From: the human T2T-CHM13v2.0 reference genome, Homo sapiens
DNA: 64,000 nucleotides
Assembly (NCBI RefSeq): GCF_009914755.1
Contig: NC_060927.1
Direction: 5' to 3' (one strand)
Under the pieces are notes generated by a model. It was not told the DNA's origin. It saw only the letters and a list, made by a program, of their open reading frames with translations, and did not search any database. Shown here piece by piece: positions 1 through 15,198 of the stretch; position 1 is the stretch's first letter, and every line of letters begins with the position of its first letter. A program made the position numbers and the translations under genes.

Positions 1-1125
1 AGTCTCTCCTTCTAAGTTTTTTGGAATAGTTTCAGTAGAAATGGTACCAGCTCTTCTTTGTTAATCTGGTAGAATTTGGCAGTGAATTAGTCTGGTCCCG
101 GGCTTTTTTTGGTTGGTAGGCTATTTATTACTGATTCAATTTCAGGGCTTGTTATTGGTCTGTCTAGGGAATCAATTTCTTCCTGGTTCAGTCTTAGGAG
201 GGTGCATGTGTCCAGGAATTTACCCATCTCTCCTAGGTTTCCTGGTTTGTGTGTGTACAAGTGTTCATAGTAGTCTCTGATGTTATTTGTGGTTTTTTAG
301 GGTCAGTTGTAATATCCTTTTTGTCATTTTAATTGTGTTTATTTGGACCTTTTCTCTTTTCTTCTTTTTTAGTCTAGCTAGTTGCCTACTTACTAATTTC
401 TTTAAAAAACCAACTCCTGGATGTGTTTATTTTTTTGAATGGTTTTTCATGTCTTAATCTCCTTCAGTTGAGCTCTGATTTTGGTTATTTCTTGTCTAAT
501 GCTAACTCTGGTGTTGGTTTGCTCTTGCTTCTCTAGTTCTTTTAGTTGTGATGTTAGGTTGTTAATTTGAGATCTTTCTAAACTTTTTGATGTGGGTGTT
601 TTGTGCTATAAACTTCCCTCTTAACACTGACTTAGCTGTGACCTAGAGATTCTGATATGTTGTATCTTTGTTCTCATTAGTTTCAAAGAACTTCCTGATT
701 TTTGCCTTAATTTCATTATTTACCCAAAAGTCATTCAGGAGCAGGTTGTTTAATGTTCATGTAATTGCATGGTTTTGAGCAATTTTTTAAAGTCTTGATT
801 TCTATTTTTATTGCATTGTGTCCGAGAGTGTGTTAGGTGTCATTTAGTTTCTTTTGCACTTGCTGAGGATTGTTTTATGTCCGGTTGTGTGGTCAATTTT
901 AGAGTATGTTCCCTGTGCAAATGAGAAGAATGTATATTATGTTGTTTTTGGATGGAGAGTTTTGTAGACCTCTACCAGCTCCACTGAGTCCAATGTTGAG
1001 CTCACATCCTGAGTATCTTTACTAATCTTCTGCCTCAATCATCTGACTAATACTGTCAATGGAGTGTTGAAGTTTCTCACTATTAGTGTCTGGGACTGTA
1101 AGTCTCTTTGTAGATCTTTATAACT
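1..1125 (-). mobile_element. L1 LINE ORF2 fragment (older primate L1PA/L1PB-like), continues off the left edge
   Basis: T-rich antisense L1 ORF2 sequence (ggaatagtttcagtagaaatggtaccagctcttctttg; aagtcattcaggagcaggttgtttaat), clearly homologous to the L1 at 21350-22420. Confidence 0.9.
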
Positions 1126-2289
1126 TCTCCTTCTAACAGACACATAGACAGTCATACTCAGGAGAATTTTTCTCTTGGTGCTATAAAAAGCCACACACCT
1201 TTCCCTAATAGGGAGTGATGTAAGATCTGAGGTGTATGATCTTAAATACTACCTTTAGAAGTATATATTGCAAGGCCTACAAAGTGCAAAAATTCAGATA
1301 GTTTTAATTAAAAATGTAAGAGAGCATCAGTACTGAATGATCATACGTACCTGGGGAAATAGAAATCACAGAAGCTAAAGTCTCCCAACTATAGAACTAT
1401 TGTTTTCATTGTATATTTCCTACAAGGGAGGAATTTAGTTTGCACAAAATCACTAATATTTGACTGCAGTCTGAGTAAATGATTTTGCAAACTCAAAACT
1501 CTAACATGTGAAAGGGTGAATTGTAGTTCTACTTTGCTTTATAGTGTACCTAAAATTCCAGTTCCATAATCTCTGGGTCCTACAAGTGCCTGCTCACTTA
1601 TAGAAAATGACAGCTGATATACAGACTGAAATCCCTTCTCACATGCTCTTTTGAGTTTCTTGTCTGCATCACAAGTCAAATCAGGTAAAGACAAAATGAA
1701 CAGAAGACCCTTTCTTAACAAAGGGGCAAAAAAGCAAAAAGAAGAAATCACCCTTTTAATGAACAAATTCTCCCTGGATTCCTCTGCATATTCAGTTGTA
1801 GTCTATGCAGCTATGACTCAATTAAATGATATCAACTGCCCCAAGTCAAGAATGATTTTATTTTCCCTCCTTTGTCTAAAATATAAGCTACCCACATGGG
1901 AGCCAGTTAGTCATCATCATTGTAAAAGGTCAAAGAAATATGCTGCAGTCTGATTAAATTCAAATGCTCAGGATGTATCTCCCAGCCAGAAGAGCATCTT
2001 TGTTCCTATTAGAATTTTGTTGCAGAGAATGTTATCACATTTATCACCCTTCACCAGTTTTCTTAGGTAAGTGTTAGAGGCCATTTTCATTTTCTTACAA
2101 AAATTAAAGAGCAAGGAGTTTGTTCAGGCAAATAAGACAGCAAGGAAAAGCAAACAGAAACCAGATCTTCTGACCCTCTACCTAGACCATAAGAGGTATC
2201 TTGGATTCAATAAAATAATGAAAGTTGGCAAATGCATCCCACATAAGAGGCAGTTAGAAATCTGTACTTTTTCACTCCCTCCACAACAA

Positions 2290-3040
2290 ATCCTTCAGAA
2301 ATTTGGACCACAGAAGCTCCAAAATACTCATCAGTTTCATCCTTCATTCATCTCTGCTACTACCTCCATATTCCAAACTTGCTATTACCCTATGTTGGAT
2401 CATAACAAAGGCCTCCTAAGTACCATCCCTGCCTCTCCTGGCCCTCTTCCATCCACTCTTGTCATAACAAGCAGAGTAGAGTTAACAACAACAACAACAA
2501 CTGAAAGGAGAGTCACTCTCCTGCTTCAAACCTCCCCAACTGCTTCCCATTGCACGTGAAATAAAAGTAAAACTCCTTATCATGGCCTTCAAGATACTGT
2601 GTTATCTAATTCCCTGACACCATGTCTGCTCTCAACCCCATCACACCCTCCTCTCACAACTTTTTAACCACACTTGCCTTGTCTCTGTCTCACAGTCAAG
2701 CCCATTACTATGTAAGGGCATTTGCATAAGCCAATCCCTGAACCTGAAAAGTTCTTACCCAAGATCCCAAAACGGCTGCCCGCCTTTAGTCACTGAGGTC
2801 TCAGTTTAAATGCCACTTCCTCAAAGGGCACGTGTCTAACTTCACATTCTAAATAGCAGCCAGCCATTCCATTTCTCACTACCTTGTCTTATTTTACTTT
2901 TACCACTTAGCGCTACCTGATTTTAAAAATCTGTTTATTGTCTATCCCCAGTCTGTCCTTGTTGGAATCTGAGGACCACGCAAGCAGAAGACTTGCCTGT
3001 CCTGCTCATTGGTATATCCCCAAAACCTGGTATAAGGTTT
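2290..3040 (+). mobile_element. L2 LINE 3' fragment
   Basis: L2-like motifs: tcactctcctgcttcaaacctcc, actccttatcatggccttcaag, ctcagtttaaatgccacttcctca; boundaries approximate. Confidence 0.7.
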
Positions 3041-3054
3041 AACACAGTGTTTTT

Positions 3055-4263
<1,209 letters not shown>

Positions 4264-4377
4264 AACATATTGTTTTTTGACTAAGCTATTGATTTTTTTA
4301 AAAATTGATGGATACTATTGTTTTAGAGGTAAAAATTGGCTGGATATGCAGAATAGTCATTCTTTGCTTATTACAAT

Positions 4378-4743
4378 TGTATTAGTTTGTTCTCACACTG
4401 TTATAAAGAATACCACCGAGACTGGGTAATTTATAAAAGAAAGAAGTTTACTCGACTCACAGTTCTGCATGACTGGGGAGGTCTCAGGGAACTTACAATG
4501 ACGGTGGAAAGCAAAGCAGGCATGACTTACATGGCAGCAGGTGAGAGAGAGAATGCGTGTGTCAAACACTTATAAATCCATCAGATCTCATGAGAACTCA
4601 CTCACTATCACAAGAATGGCATGGGGGAAACTGCCCCCATGATCCAATCACCTCCCACCAGGTCCTGCCCTCAACACCTGGGGATTACAGGGATTACAAT
4701 TCAAGATGAGGTTAGGGTGCGGACACAGAGCCAAACCATATCA
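4378..4743 (-). mobile_element. Solo MaLR LTR (THE1C/THE1D-like)
   Basis: tgtattagt...ccaaaccatatca termini, ~366 bp, 5-bp TSD acaat/agaat. Confidence 0.88.
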
Positions 4744-4759
4744 AGAATAGAATATATTA

Positions 4760-5088
<329 letters not shown>

Positions 5089-5174
5089 TTAAGTAATACG
5101 AACATCAATTGAGAGCATTCTATTTTACTTTGACTCAAATCCAAAAATAGCAACAAAATATCCACTTGAGAAAG

Positions 5175-5645
5175 ATGGCTAGCTGTCCATTTCAAACATG
5201 ATCCCTCTTCCTTAGTGTAGGATTAGGTCAGAAACTGCCTACCCAACCAGGCACTACATTTCTCAATCCTTTTCCACTCTCCTTACCTCAAGCTTATAGT
5301 TCATTGTGGCCATTTTCAGGAGTTCTAGTCAGTGGAATATTGAGGCAAATAATGTGTGCCACTTCCAGACCTGGCCCATATAAACCCTTTCATGTTGTGC
5401 TTTAGCATTTTCTTTTTCATGTCTGACTAGCAGGAATGGAGGTGGTACCCAGGACAATCTTGGGAGCCCTATGTTCAAGATGGCAGATCTTCCATCAGTT
5501 GAGGGTCTAAGAATGACAGCATAGAATAAACCATCATGCTGATGTTTTTACCCACTGATACTGTTACCTGAGTGAGAAACCATTCTCTGTTGTATCTGAG
5601 CCATTACCCTTATTAGGGTCTATCTGTTACTGCTATTAACTAGTA
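5175..5645 (+). mobile_element. Ancient ERVL/MaLR-class solo LTR (LTR16/LTR33/MLT1-like)
   Basis: actacatttctca..., gtgtgccacttccagacctggccc, tgagccatt...gggtctatctgttactgc motifs. Confidence 0.55.
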
Positions 5646-5699
5646 AGTAACATTAGGTTTCAGATGAAGTAAAAATATCACAAGATCAGGTTCAACTCA

Positions 5700-5994
<295 letters not shown>

Positions 5995-5999
5995 TCAAC

Positions 6000-7380
6000 A
6001 AATTCCATAATGCTGTGTATTAGTGAGAGTCTTTTTAAATTTGCTGAGCTGAACACTCAGTGGTGCTTTTCAATCTGAAAACTTAAGCTTTCAGTTCTGG
6101 AATTATATCCTTCATCATATCCTCTCCTTCCTTTTTTTCTGTTCACTTTCTGGAATCGCCAATATCTTTTACATCTCTATCTTCTTATTCTATTTCTGAT
6201 AGATTCTTTTGATTTCATCTTCTTCTATTGGGATTTTATTTCAGAAATGATTTTTTTTTTTTTTTTAATTCCAAGGCCTCCTTCTGGTTTTTATGCTTCC
6301 TATTCTTGTTTCAGCTCTTATCTCTCCGGGGATGTTAATTGTAAGTTATTATATTTTAGTTTTCTTCTGCCCTGCATTGTCTCTGTGTCCTCTGAATTCA
6401 TTATTATTATTGTTTGTTTGTTGTAATCATCTCTTTTACACTCATGTTTGAAGGCTTTTCAGATGCCTGGTATCCTTGGCAACCCATTCATACGTTCATA
6501 CTTCTTTGTGACTGTGGATGGGACATGCCGACTCTCTATCTTTTCTGTGGAGTTCTCAGGCATCTGGTTAGCTTTTGTTTGGCACTTTATATAAAATCTA
6601 CAAGTCTTTTTAAATGAATTCCTTTGGTTTCCCCATAGAAAAACACATTCTGCCCTGTGGCCAGAGCTCCAGCTACCAAGGCCCAGGGGGAGGGGCAGGG
6701 GGCGGGTGGGATGCGGTTAGAAAGTGAAATGAGACTTCCCTGGTTCAGTATGCAAATCTTTCCCTTCCCCTTCCCCGTGTTTTAGGCCATATATTAGACA
6801 TCAGCCTTGCACTATGTGTGGTGCCCCAACTCAGGAATGAAATGATTCTGTTTTCCAAGAGAGCAAGCCTCAGGTCTCCAGTGTTGTGAGGCACGGCTAA
6901 CTCCCTAGTAGTCTGTAGTAAGAAAGGGAACCGGAGTGCTCACGATTCTTTTTCAGGCTTCCAGCTAATCTCCCTGCTTTTGCTCCCAGCACCCTCTCCC
7001 TGCTCTTTCTGCCACAGCTGAGATTCGTAAGGGTTCTGTGGGTCACATCAGCTCACTTCTCATAGCACCCCACTTTTGGGGTCCTTGTGTTGGCATGGTC
7101 TTTACCCCACTTTCAGACTTTTCAAAATATGTTGGCATCTCTTACTTGCTGTGGATGCCTCTCCTGTGCTCCTTTGTCCTTGGGACAAGGGCATGTCTGT
7201 AATCAATTCAAAATTGTTTTTAATAGAGATAGGATCTCACTATGTTGCCAGGCTGGTCTTGAACTATTGGGCTCACGTGATCCTCCTGCCTTGGCCTTCC
7301 AAAGTGCTAGGAGGAAATATTTTTCAATATTTTCCAGTATTTTTAAGGGAAATCCAGACTAGTTTTAAGGCAACATTTAA
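6000..7380 (-). mobile_element. Ancient L1M(E) ORF1/5' region fragments
   Basis: Degenerate antisense L1M-like text (ttttcaatctgaaaact...ttcagttctggaa...ctttctggaatc); right boundary uncertain. Confidence 0.5.
7216..7312 (-). mobile_element. Alu left-monomer fragment (FLAM/AluJ)
   Basis: tagagataggatctcactatgttgccaggctggtcttgaact...ccaaagtgctagga. Confidence 0.85.
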
Positions 7381-8289
7381 AACTCTCATGCTTTCCAGGG
7401 CCCTGCTTTGAAAACTTTTGAAGATATCCAGATTCCTTAGTTGAGGCTATTTCCACAGTGCTCCTGAGTCTCTGTGGAATCAAATGACTCAAGCAGCTTC
7501 AAGAATCCCTTGTATAACATGACCTTTAGAAAAGTAGAGAAAATGAAAAGCTTCTCTTGGAATGCAAATCATCAATTGTTTGAAAAATCCAAAGTTTGCA
7601 ACATCATCTCAGGGTGGCTGCAAACATCAAACTGATAAAAGAGCCTCTAGAGCTCCTTTTCTGACATAGGGAATTCTGTGTTTGTTTTTCTTATTGTCTT
7701 GAGGAGTTGCAGGAGAGCTTTTCTGTTTTCTCTTTTCTCTTTTAGTATTTTAAAATTGAATCAGACTTGAAGTGACTCCTCCTTGAGCATGTGCTAAAGC
7801 AGCTGTGATGACCGGAAGTCATGGCCAGAAAATCTTCCACAGGAAACAACACACTCACACACACACCTTTAATTATTCAAACTCCCAAAGGTTCTGAAGT
7901 TAAACAAGTTCTTCCTCGGGAGAGCAGACTTGACCCTCTTTTCCCTACTCTCTTCCCCAACCTCAACTCCTGCACAAGAACTTCAAGGACGCAGCCATAA
8001 ATTAGGTTGACATCTAGAAGCCCCCTCCATCTAAAACTGATGGAGAACCACAAAAACTGGGAAGGTTTCCTCCTCTGGGGCTGTGAATTTCTGCTTCTCT
8101 CATTAATAAGATAATTTTACTTCCTTGGGCAAAATGGAGCATAGCTGTCTCTTATTCATGACAGAGAAATCATAATATTATTTTAGTTTATCTTCAGCAC
8201 CCCTCCAATTCTCATTGAGTTATTCTGGGCGCAAACCAGGTTATTTTTGGCATTTCCAATGTACTAAGCTTCATGAAGAAAAGAGGCAG

Positions 8290-8535
8290 AAAAGCAGAGT
8301 ATTTAGGATCCCGGTATTAAACACACTTGGATTGAAATCCTGGCTCCCTCACTACATGCCTATGATGTTTAGTAATATCTGAATATTATTGGTTACTTAA
8401 TTTATAATATTCATAATTATCTATGAAATACATAATAATATAAACTTTCAATAGGACAGTGAGAAGGATTAAATTTAATAAAGCATATGAGGAGCTAAAC
8501 TTCTGTGGCATATAGTAAATGCTCAATCAATTTAG
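8290..8535 (+). mobile_element. MIR SINE
   Basis: ttgaaatcctggctc..., gaggattaaa-like core, ggcatatagtaaatgctcaat tail. Confidence 0.65.
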
Positions 8536-8704
8536 GTTGTCATGATTGTAATCAGGAAGATAAAATAACGTGTGTGTGTGTGTTTAGTTATGCTAGATAG
8601 GTGATTTTTGAGCTGCAGAGATTTTGAACTCTTAAACGAAGGAATACCATCATTCTCTGTGCTGGACAGACTTTCTGATGGCTCCAGCTTAATTTCCATC
8701 ATAA

Positions 8705-9031
8705 TGTTGTAAGACTTTCTCCTTAGTTTAGCTAAAAATGGGGTCCTTGCCACATGACCATGAAATATTAGGCTCACAGACTCTTTGAAGGGTGAGAAAA
8801 ATGGAATTTATTGGGCGAAAAGGAAAAAAACTCAGCAACACGAGATAGGTTCCTGTAAACATGCTCTCACATCAGATTGAATCCCAGCTTCCACCCAGGA
8901 AGAGGAGGGGCCAGGCTCCTGCCTACTGCAACCGGCATGAGCTTCCCGAGGCTCCACCCAAATGCACAGTCCTCCCAGTGTGCAGGCAGGTCAGAGGTTC
9001 TCCAGGGATCCCTTTACACTTGGCTGTCTCA
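8705..9031 (-). mobile_element. ERV1-class solo LTR (MER61-like)
   Basis: TG...CA termini (tgttgtaag...ggctgtctca) with a perfect 4-bp TSD ataa/ataa; minus-strand start TGAGACAGCCAAG resembles the MER61 group. Confidence 0.75.
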
Positions 9032-9035
9032 ATAA

Positions 9036-9480
9036 CTCAACCACAACTCCTCTGCCAAGGACAGTTCACACTGCCTCTCAGAACTGAGCTCATGTAATGG
9101 CAGCTCATGTCATCTTCAGAGAGCTCAGCTGTTAGAAAATCATTCTGATTGTCAGCTAAAATGTTGTTCTCTATAATTTTCATCTGTTGGTTATGCAGCC
9201 TCTTGAAGGTGCATGATGCGAGTCTAATCTCATCTTCACTCCATGGTCCTCCAGGAATTTGAACACAGCTAGTAAGTGCTCCGCGAGCTTTCTTTTGACT
9301 GAGGTCACTAAGCTGAACATGTCCATTGCCTTCCATGGCTTGTCTCATGTTTTGTTCCCAGGCCCCTCTCCTCCTGGACACACTTTATCTTCACCATGAG
9401 TGGTACCCAGGGCTGAATGCACTGTTGAAGCAGTGCTCTCACCAAGGCAAAGCACAGCTCATCTCTTTCTCAAGGAATTT
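9036..9480 (-). mobile_element. L3/CR1 LINE fragment (interrupted by the LTR to its left)
   Basis: ctgttagaaaatcattct...gagtctaatctcatcttc...aagctgaacatgtcc are CR1 3'-region motifs. Confidence 0.6.
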
Positions 9481-10079
9481 TAAATCTACCGAGCCCCATG
9501 AGTATGCCAAAAAGACCATATGAAAGGAATCCATATGCCAGACAAAGGAAACTAAAACCAAGATCCAGTAAAGCTAAGCCCATTAAAATTCCTTTAAATT
9601 GTGCCCAGGACTGGCTATCTTAAAACTGGTTCCTGTGCCTTTATTTATCACAGCATGTGCTGAAAAATTGTGAGGCAGAATGAAGTATTTAGGGTACTAG
9701 ATTTCCTAGACTATCTTTTCAACTCAATTGTGAGAACCAGTCCCATGATTAAAATCAAATTTGGGTACAAGTTCTGCCTCTGCCATTTAACAAAAACAAA
9801 TTTTACAGATTGTGTGACCTTGCTTGCCTCCCTGAAAGTTCCTTGAATCTTTAAGGTAGAAGCAGTAATTCCTGCCTCCCATGACTGTGGAGAGAAGCCT
9901 GTGGTCAATGCTTGTAGCATCCACACGGGGTCTGCAGCAGGAATTGCTCTGAGGTACTGCCACTACCTGCCTTGAGAACAGCCTCCAGATCACTCTGTTG
10001 CAGGGACTCTCTCTGCTCTCCGTTTAAAAAGCAACCTATTGGAAAGTTCAAAAGACTATTGGCAGAATGGACTCTTTGG

Positions 10080-10262
10080 GTAAAAGAACTGTGAAATGGG
10101 GTTAAGGGACCTAGAATTTACTTCCAGCTAGCTCATATGACCTTGGGCAAGTCCCTGTGTGTGCGTGTGTAAACCAGACACAGTCTCAGTTTCCTTAGTT
10201 GTAAAACAGGGATCTTGGTTAATTGGAAGATTCTTTCCTAATCTAATGATTTGTGATTCTAA
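10080..10262 (+). mobile_element. MIR SINE
   Basis: tgaccttgggcaagtc...tctcagtttccttagttgtaaaacaggg core. Confidence 0.7.
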
Positions 10263-11139
10263 TTTACTCTCTCCTCCTCCAGCTTACATCATTGTTTGAT
10301 ATTTCCCAGAATATATGAAAGATGAAAAGTATACTTCAGAAAGCTAAATTTTGCAGTTCCTGGAAGCGTTCATGCTTATGCCTCAAATGGTCATTTAGAT
10401 TATTTCTTCTTACCCCTTTTGTGACTGGCTGAATTTTGGAGCTATACAGTATGTCAGTATGTGTGCAATTTCTATTTCCTAGGCAGTGGGGAGTTATTCT
10501 AAGAAGGATAAAGAGACAGATCAGTAATCACTCAGGCCTCATGCTGAGTGGACCCATGTGCCTTACCTCGAGATTTGCTGAGTGAGAGAGATGCTCTACA
10601 TAGCTGCCTGGCAGGTGTCCAGGGGCCAAGTCTACTAAGTAGCAAGCTTGCCTTGCAAGATTGCCTAAGTGACGACCTCACCGTAATATCCAGAATCCAG
10701 GCATCTAGGCAGCGACAAACAATAAATGCAGGAAAAATAAGACCCCAATATTTCTATAACACCAATGAACACTTTTCATTGTGTTCACATTCATTGCAAC
10801 AATATTGACCCTAATACACAACTCTAGAATTTGTAAAACCATTTTACTCCCAATAGTTTACAATAACAATAACCTTGCAACATAAGTGGGCCATGGGAGG
10901 AAAGAGCAGGGGTGATTACTATTTTGTCCTGGTAGAAAAAAAAAATGTTTCTAAGTGAAGATAAAGTTCTTTGCAAGGTTTCACAGACAGACAAAAAGAA
11001 GTGGCAAAATCAAGACTTGAACTCAAATCGTCTGACTCAAAATCCTTTGTTCAGTCCAATAGACCACATTTCCTCTCACTATCATCAACTTGACTCCCAC
11101 AGGTGCTAAATGCCGAGAAGGACCAGTGAGAAAGGACAA

Positions 11140-12290
11140 ATAGACACATCACGGTAGAAGTTGGAAACTCCAAGGACGGGGGGCTATGTAGACGTCAGGG
11201 TGATGGGGAGGTGGTCCCTAACATAGGAACAAAACTTAGAGTAATATCAGACTTCTTGTCAGCATCTTTTGGGTATTAGAAGACAATGAAAACTTCAAAT
11301 TTCAGAGGGAATGGGATTTGAACATAGAATTCTATACTCAGTCAAACCATCAGTTCAGACAGTTTTGGATGTGCAAAAACTCAAGAAGTTTACTGCCCTT
11401 ACACTAATTGAAAATATACTACTTGAGATGTGGTCTTCTACCAAAATAGAACCAAAATTTGAGAAAGAAGATGAAATGGGATACAAGAAGGGGCAGCGGC
11501 CGAGAATGGCTGGTGCGTAAGGGAGACTTGGAATCAGGTAAGAGAGAATCCACTAGATAGGACATTTAGAGGGTCTCCTTTACCTGAAATGTGAGTGGCA
11601 TAGAACTGTTTCTTCTCTATGACTTTATCTACACTTTCTAGTTCTGCATTGAATATTATTTACATAATCATTATATTGTTAATTCTGGATATTACTTTTC
11701 TTTTCAAAATAATCCGTGTAGTATATAATCACATAAAATGTATTTACAATGACAGAAGATAATGCAGATGTAACAAATTTAGATCGTATAAAAATAATTA
11801 CAGAGGAAAGAAAAATTTGTGGGTAGAAGGCTGCATTAGTGTCATTTTCCTTATACTGTTTTGTAACTGTCTAAAGGTGCTAAATCATGAAATAGACCTT
11901 AGTTATATTACTTAAATTTGTGAAGACAACCAGTAAAAGATCCAAAAATAATGATCAAGCTAACAAAATTTCAGAGGTGAGGGGGAAATAAAAAGTAGAT
12001 AGCAATATAAATAAGTAAACTTCTCAGCTCTCATATAATAGCTTCTCTCCAGGAAATAATAGCTTCTCTTGAGAGTTGAGAAATCAAAAAGTAGGAATCC
12101 ACATATATTATACAAAGTTATAACAATAATTGCTAGTAAAATTAACAAGAAAGAATACTGACACTGGCTGTCTTGGGTAAGAGGGGTTGATGATGAAGTA
12201 GAGGATTATTTTACATTTAATTTTTGTTCTTTTGTACTGTTTGAATATTTTAAATTCTATGCATGCATTAACTATATATTTAAACAAAGG
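11140..12290 (+). mobile_element. HAL1/ancient L1M ORF1-related fragment
   Basis: atcagacttct...agaagacaatg...tagaattctatactcagtcaaaccatca is an ORF1 C-terminal signature, followed by an AT-rich 3' region. Confidence 0.6.
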
Positions 12291-12690
12291 AAAATTTATT
12301 CTATTTGAATATCTAATAACATGCAGATACAAATCTGGATGATGGTTTGACTATATACTGGCATATACTTAAAATCATACAAAGAAAAGAAAGGGAAGAC
12401 TTTTTAAAATCAGGTTTGTCTCCTTTATTTTAAAAATGAAATATTATTATCCATGAGAAAGAAAGTAAATAACTTCCTAAGGATGCTTTACAGTGCTGAC
12501 CATAAAACTCAAATTAATATTCTCTTCAAGAATTCAGTTAAATCATTTTTGTAAGGTCGCCAACATTGTCCCAACTTTGAAACACTGCCACTATCAAAAT
12601 TTGGGGTTTTTGCACAATTGTACCATCCTACCAACACCTGATCTCAAAAAGAGACCTGAGTTTAATATCCTTCTCTCCCTCTTTCTTCTT

Positions 12691-12823
12691 TTTGTGGTTT
12701 ATGAGCCCTTGTATGCAGTAAATACATTGCTTATGAAAGCAGGCAAAGATATTATACCATAAAATGGTATATCATTGCCTGCTTTCATAAGCATTGTATT
12801 TACAAGAGTTCATAAACCACAAA
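12691..12823. repeat. 133-bp imperfect inverted repeat (hairpin)
   Basis: Right arm 12764-12823 reverse-complements the left arm 12691-12760 at 56/60 aligned positions, with 7-nt and 3-nt bulges on the left and a 3-nt loop. Confidence 0.95.
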
Positions 12824-13126
12824 GTGTTAGAACAATGTTCTTAATACCATTTTTATGCTTAGTTTGTCTGCCATAGTACAGGGAAGAGCCTACACAAACT
12901 TTGGATGGATCTACACAAGCAAACATGTTTTGTTGTCTCTCATGAAGCCTGTCAAAGTGATCTGGGCAGAAATTCGGGGCCCCTTTGACCAACCAGGCCT
13001 TTGAATCAGACTGTTTCTGTGACAGGACATGGTCCTCTCAAAGGGCATTTTTTCCACTTGCTCCTTGACCAAGCAGAGGTGCTGAACAGTAACATAGGTA
13101 TTCCCCAGGCTTAGCTTTTCTTTCTT

Positions 13127-13190
13127 TTCCTTCCTTCCTTCCTTCCTTCCTTCCTTCCTTCCTTCCTTCCTTCCTTCCTTCCTTCCTTCC
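13127..13190 (+). repeat. (TTCC)n microsatellite
   Basis: About 16 uninterrupted TTCC units. Confidence 0.97.
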
Positions 13191-13359
13191 CTCCATCCAT
13201 CCTTTTCCTTTCTTCTTTGTTTTGTCTTCTCTTTCTTCTTCTTCTAATAGATCAATCTCAACAGAGAACTTAGCTTCAATATTTTTGTAGCTTTGGCTTT
13301 CTCAGCCCACTGCACTACCCCCTTACACCCCTGCACGTGCAATTAACAGGTGTCTCATC

Positions 13360-13745
13360 AGTCTCCACAGTGCTGTGCACTTTACTATCTCCCTGAGCTT
13401 GATCACATGGTTTACTTTGTCTGCACTGTCTTTCCCACCCACAACGCCCATTACCACAAGCTCAAATCCTACCCCACCTTCTAGCCTCAGCTCATGGATC
13501 AGCCTCTTTTATGAAATCTTCCTTGATCTTCCCAAACCTAAGAAATTGCTCCCTCCTTGGCTTGCTATAGCTTTTAATCTAGTCCTATTAGTGGCATAAA
13601 CCTCTATCCCTCATATTAAAGTTATATTTATGAGTGTACCTCAACATTTTACCATTCTGCGGGATCCATGTCTTAGTTGTCTCTCTGCTCTTCTATTGCA
13701 CAAGAACTGGCACATGTTAAGTGCTCAATAAATATCTACTGATTT
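13360..13745 (+). mobile_element. L2 3' fragment
   Basis: Ends in ctggcacatgttaagtgctcaataaatatct, the L2 tail motif. Confidence 0.65.
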
Positions 13746-15198
13746 CTATTGGTTTTTCAAGGTTTGCAGAGCTAGTAAAGTCAAGACTGGAACCCAGGTT
13801 TTTGGCAGCTGCTCCAGTGTCCTCTTCACTACACCACATGGTCTCACACATTTTACCACACATTTAAGCAGCTGATCTGAGCATTTTTAGCTATGACAGA
13901 GAATCAAAGGAACAGTCATGACCTGTCCCAGCTTGATATCAATTCAAGCTGACAAGGTAAAGCATAAGGTATGAAAGTGTCCTCGGATGAAGCAAACATT
14001 AGGATTTGCCATTTTGATATTTCATACATAACAAAAACATGTCAGACCCCATTAGTCACCTTCAACATCCTTTAAAGAAAGGGCAGAAGATGTTTGGTGA
14101 AGTGTCATGGCAGCTTCTTACTTTTTAATCTGTTGTCCTCAGGTGAAGGGATAAACTGTTGTCCAAAAGTGGTTTGCACTAAAGAAAACCTTCACAAAGC
14201 ATTAGGCTTGCCATGTATACTTTCTGAGGTCACCACAAGTCATGTGGTGATTTGAGGTTGAAAACTAAGAGGCTAAATCATTTAATAAACCTGGCTTCCA
14301 GGGAACAGATTTTTTTTTTTTTAAAAAAAGAAGAGCAAAATTTTTTATTTATCATAAATAGTCATTATTTCCCCCAAAAGACTTCTGCACCATTTTTATC
14401 CTTTAAAAAATTGAAACCATAATCCCAATCTAAATATTGTTGAGTTTCCTTTCCTGTTTCATGCTGGGCATAAAATAAGCAATAATGCGTCAACCTAAAT
14501 ATATGAACCACTGAAGACAATTTAGCTACATTCATGTTTTTCCTTTGATAACTCAAGTCAAGGTAAACATCTATAGTGACTGTACATTAACGCGAAAGGT
14601 TTCCAATCAAACCCTGATTGTCTAAATCTCTAGCATTCCACAATGCCAAAATGAGCTCATATCCTAGTCACCTGTCTTCCTCATTGTACACAACCCACTT
14701 ACACGAGATCTCTGTGACCCAATGTAATTCAAGTGCCCTGTTCTTTTTGGCAAATAGAGGCTTGAAAGAACACACTGTCTGAAATACACATTGATTTTCA
14801 CAGTGTAACAAAAAATATTTTATCTAACACTTCTTAAGAAAAATAAGTCCAGGCACTTGATATGAGAGCAATCCTGGATTTTTGCATAATAAGTAGTATC
14901 TAGACACTTACAGTCAAGCCACTCTTCTAGAGGTTCAGAGCACTTTATACTTGAGGGATGAATCCACAGAAATATCCTTTAAATTGCAGCTGCAGGTAAA
15001 TCATTTGTGGTGTGTTATTCATTTACCTCTCCTCGTTTATTCAACTAAGAGATTTTTTCCCTTCTTTTACATGGAATGTCACTCTCTTTGAAATGAGTAT
15101 CTCTTTCATAGTGTTACTGCTACAAATAATATAAATGTTCATTAGAAAGCATAAATCATCTCTAACCAAAGATGGGAAGCTAAGTCCCGTCTGGACAT

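Noticed and set aside
2071-2559. 162-aa ORF with poly-Thr
   Set aside because: Non-ATG start, runs through an L2 fragment and a (CAA)n tract; no domain signature.
8858-8867. p53 half-site AAACATGCTC in the MER61-like LTR
   Set aside because: Only one half-site; no adjacent second decamer is visible.
12035-12069. Short tandem duplications here and at ~26100-26150, ~44391-44433 and ~52398-52431
   Set aside because: 14-20-bp adjacent duplications are common slippage or NHEJ products; not counted as complex templated insertions.
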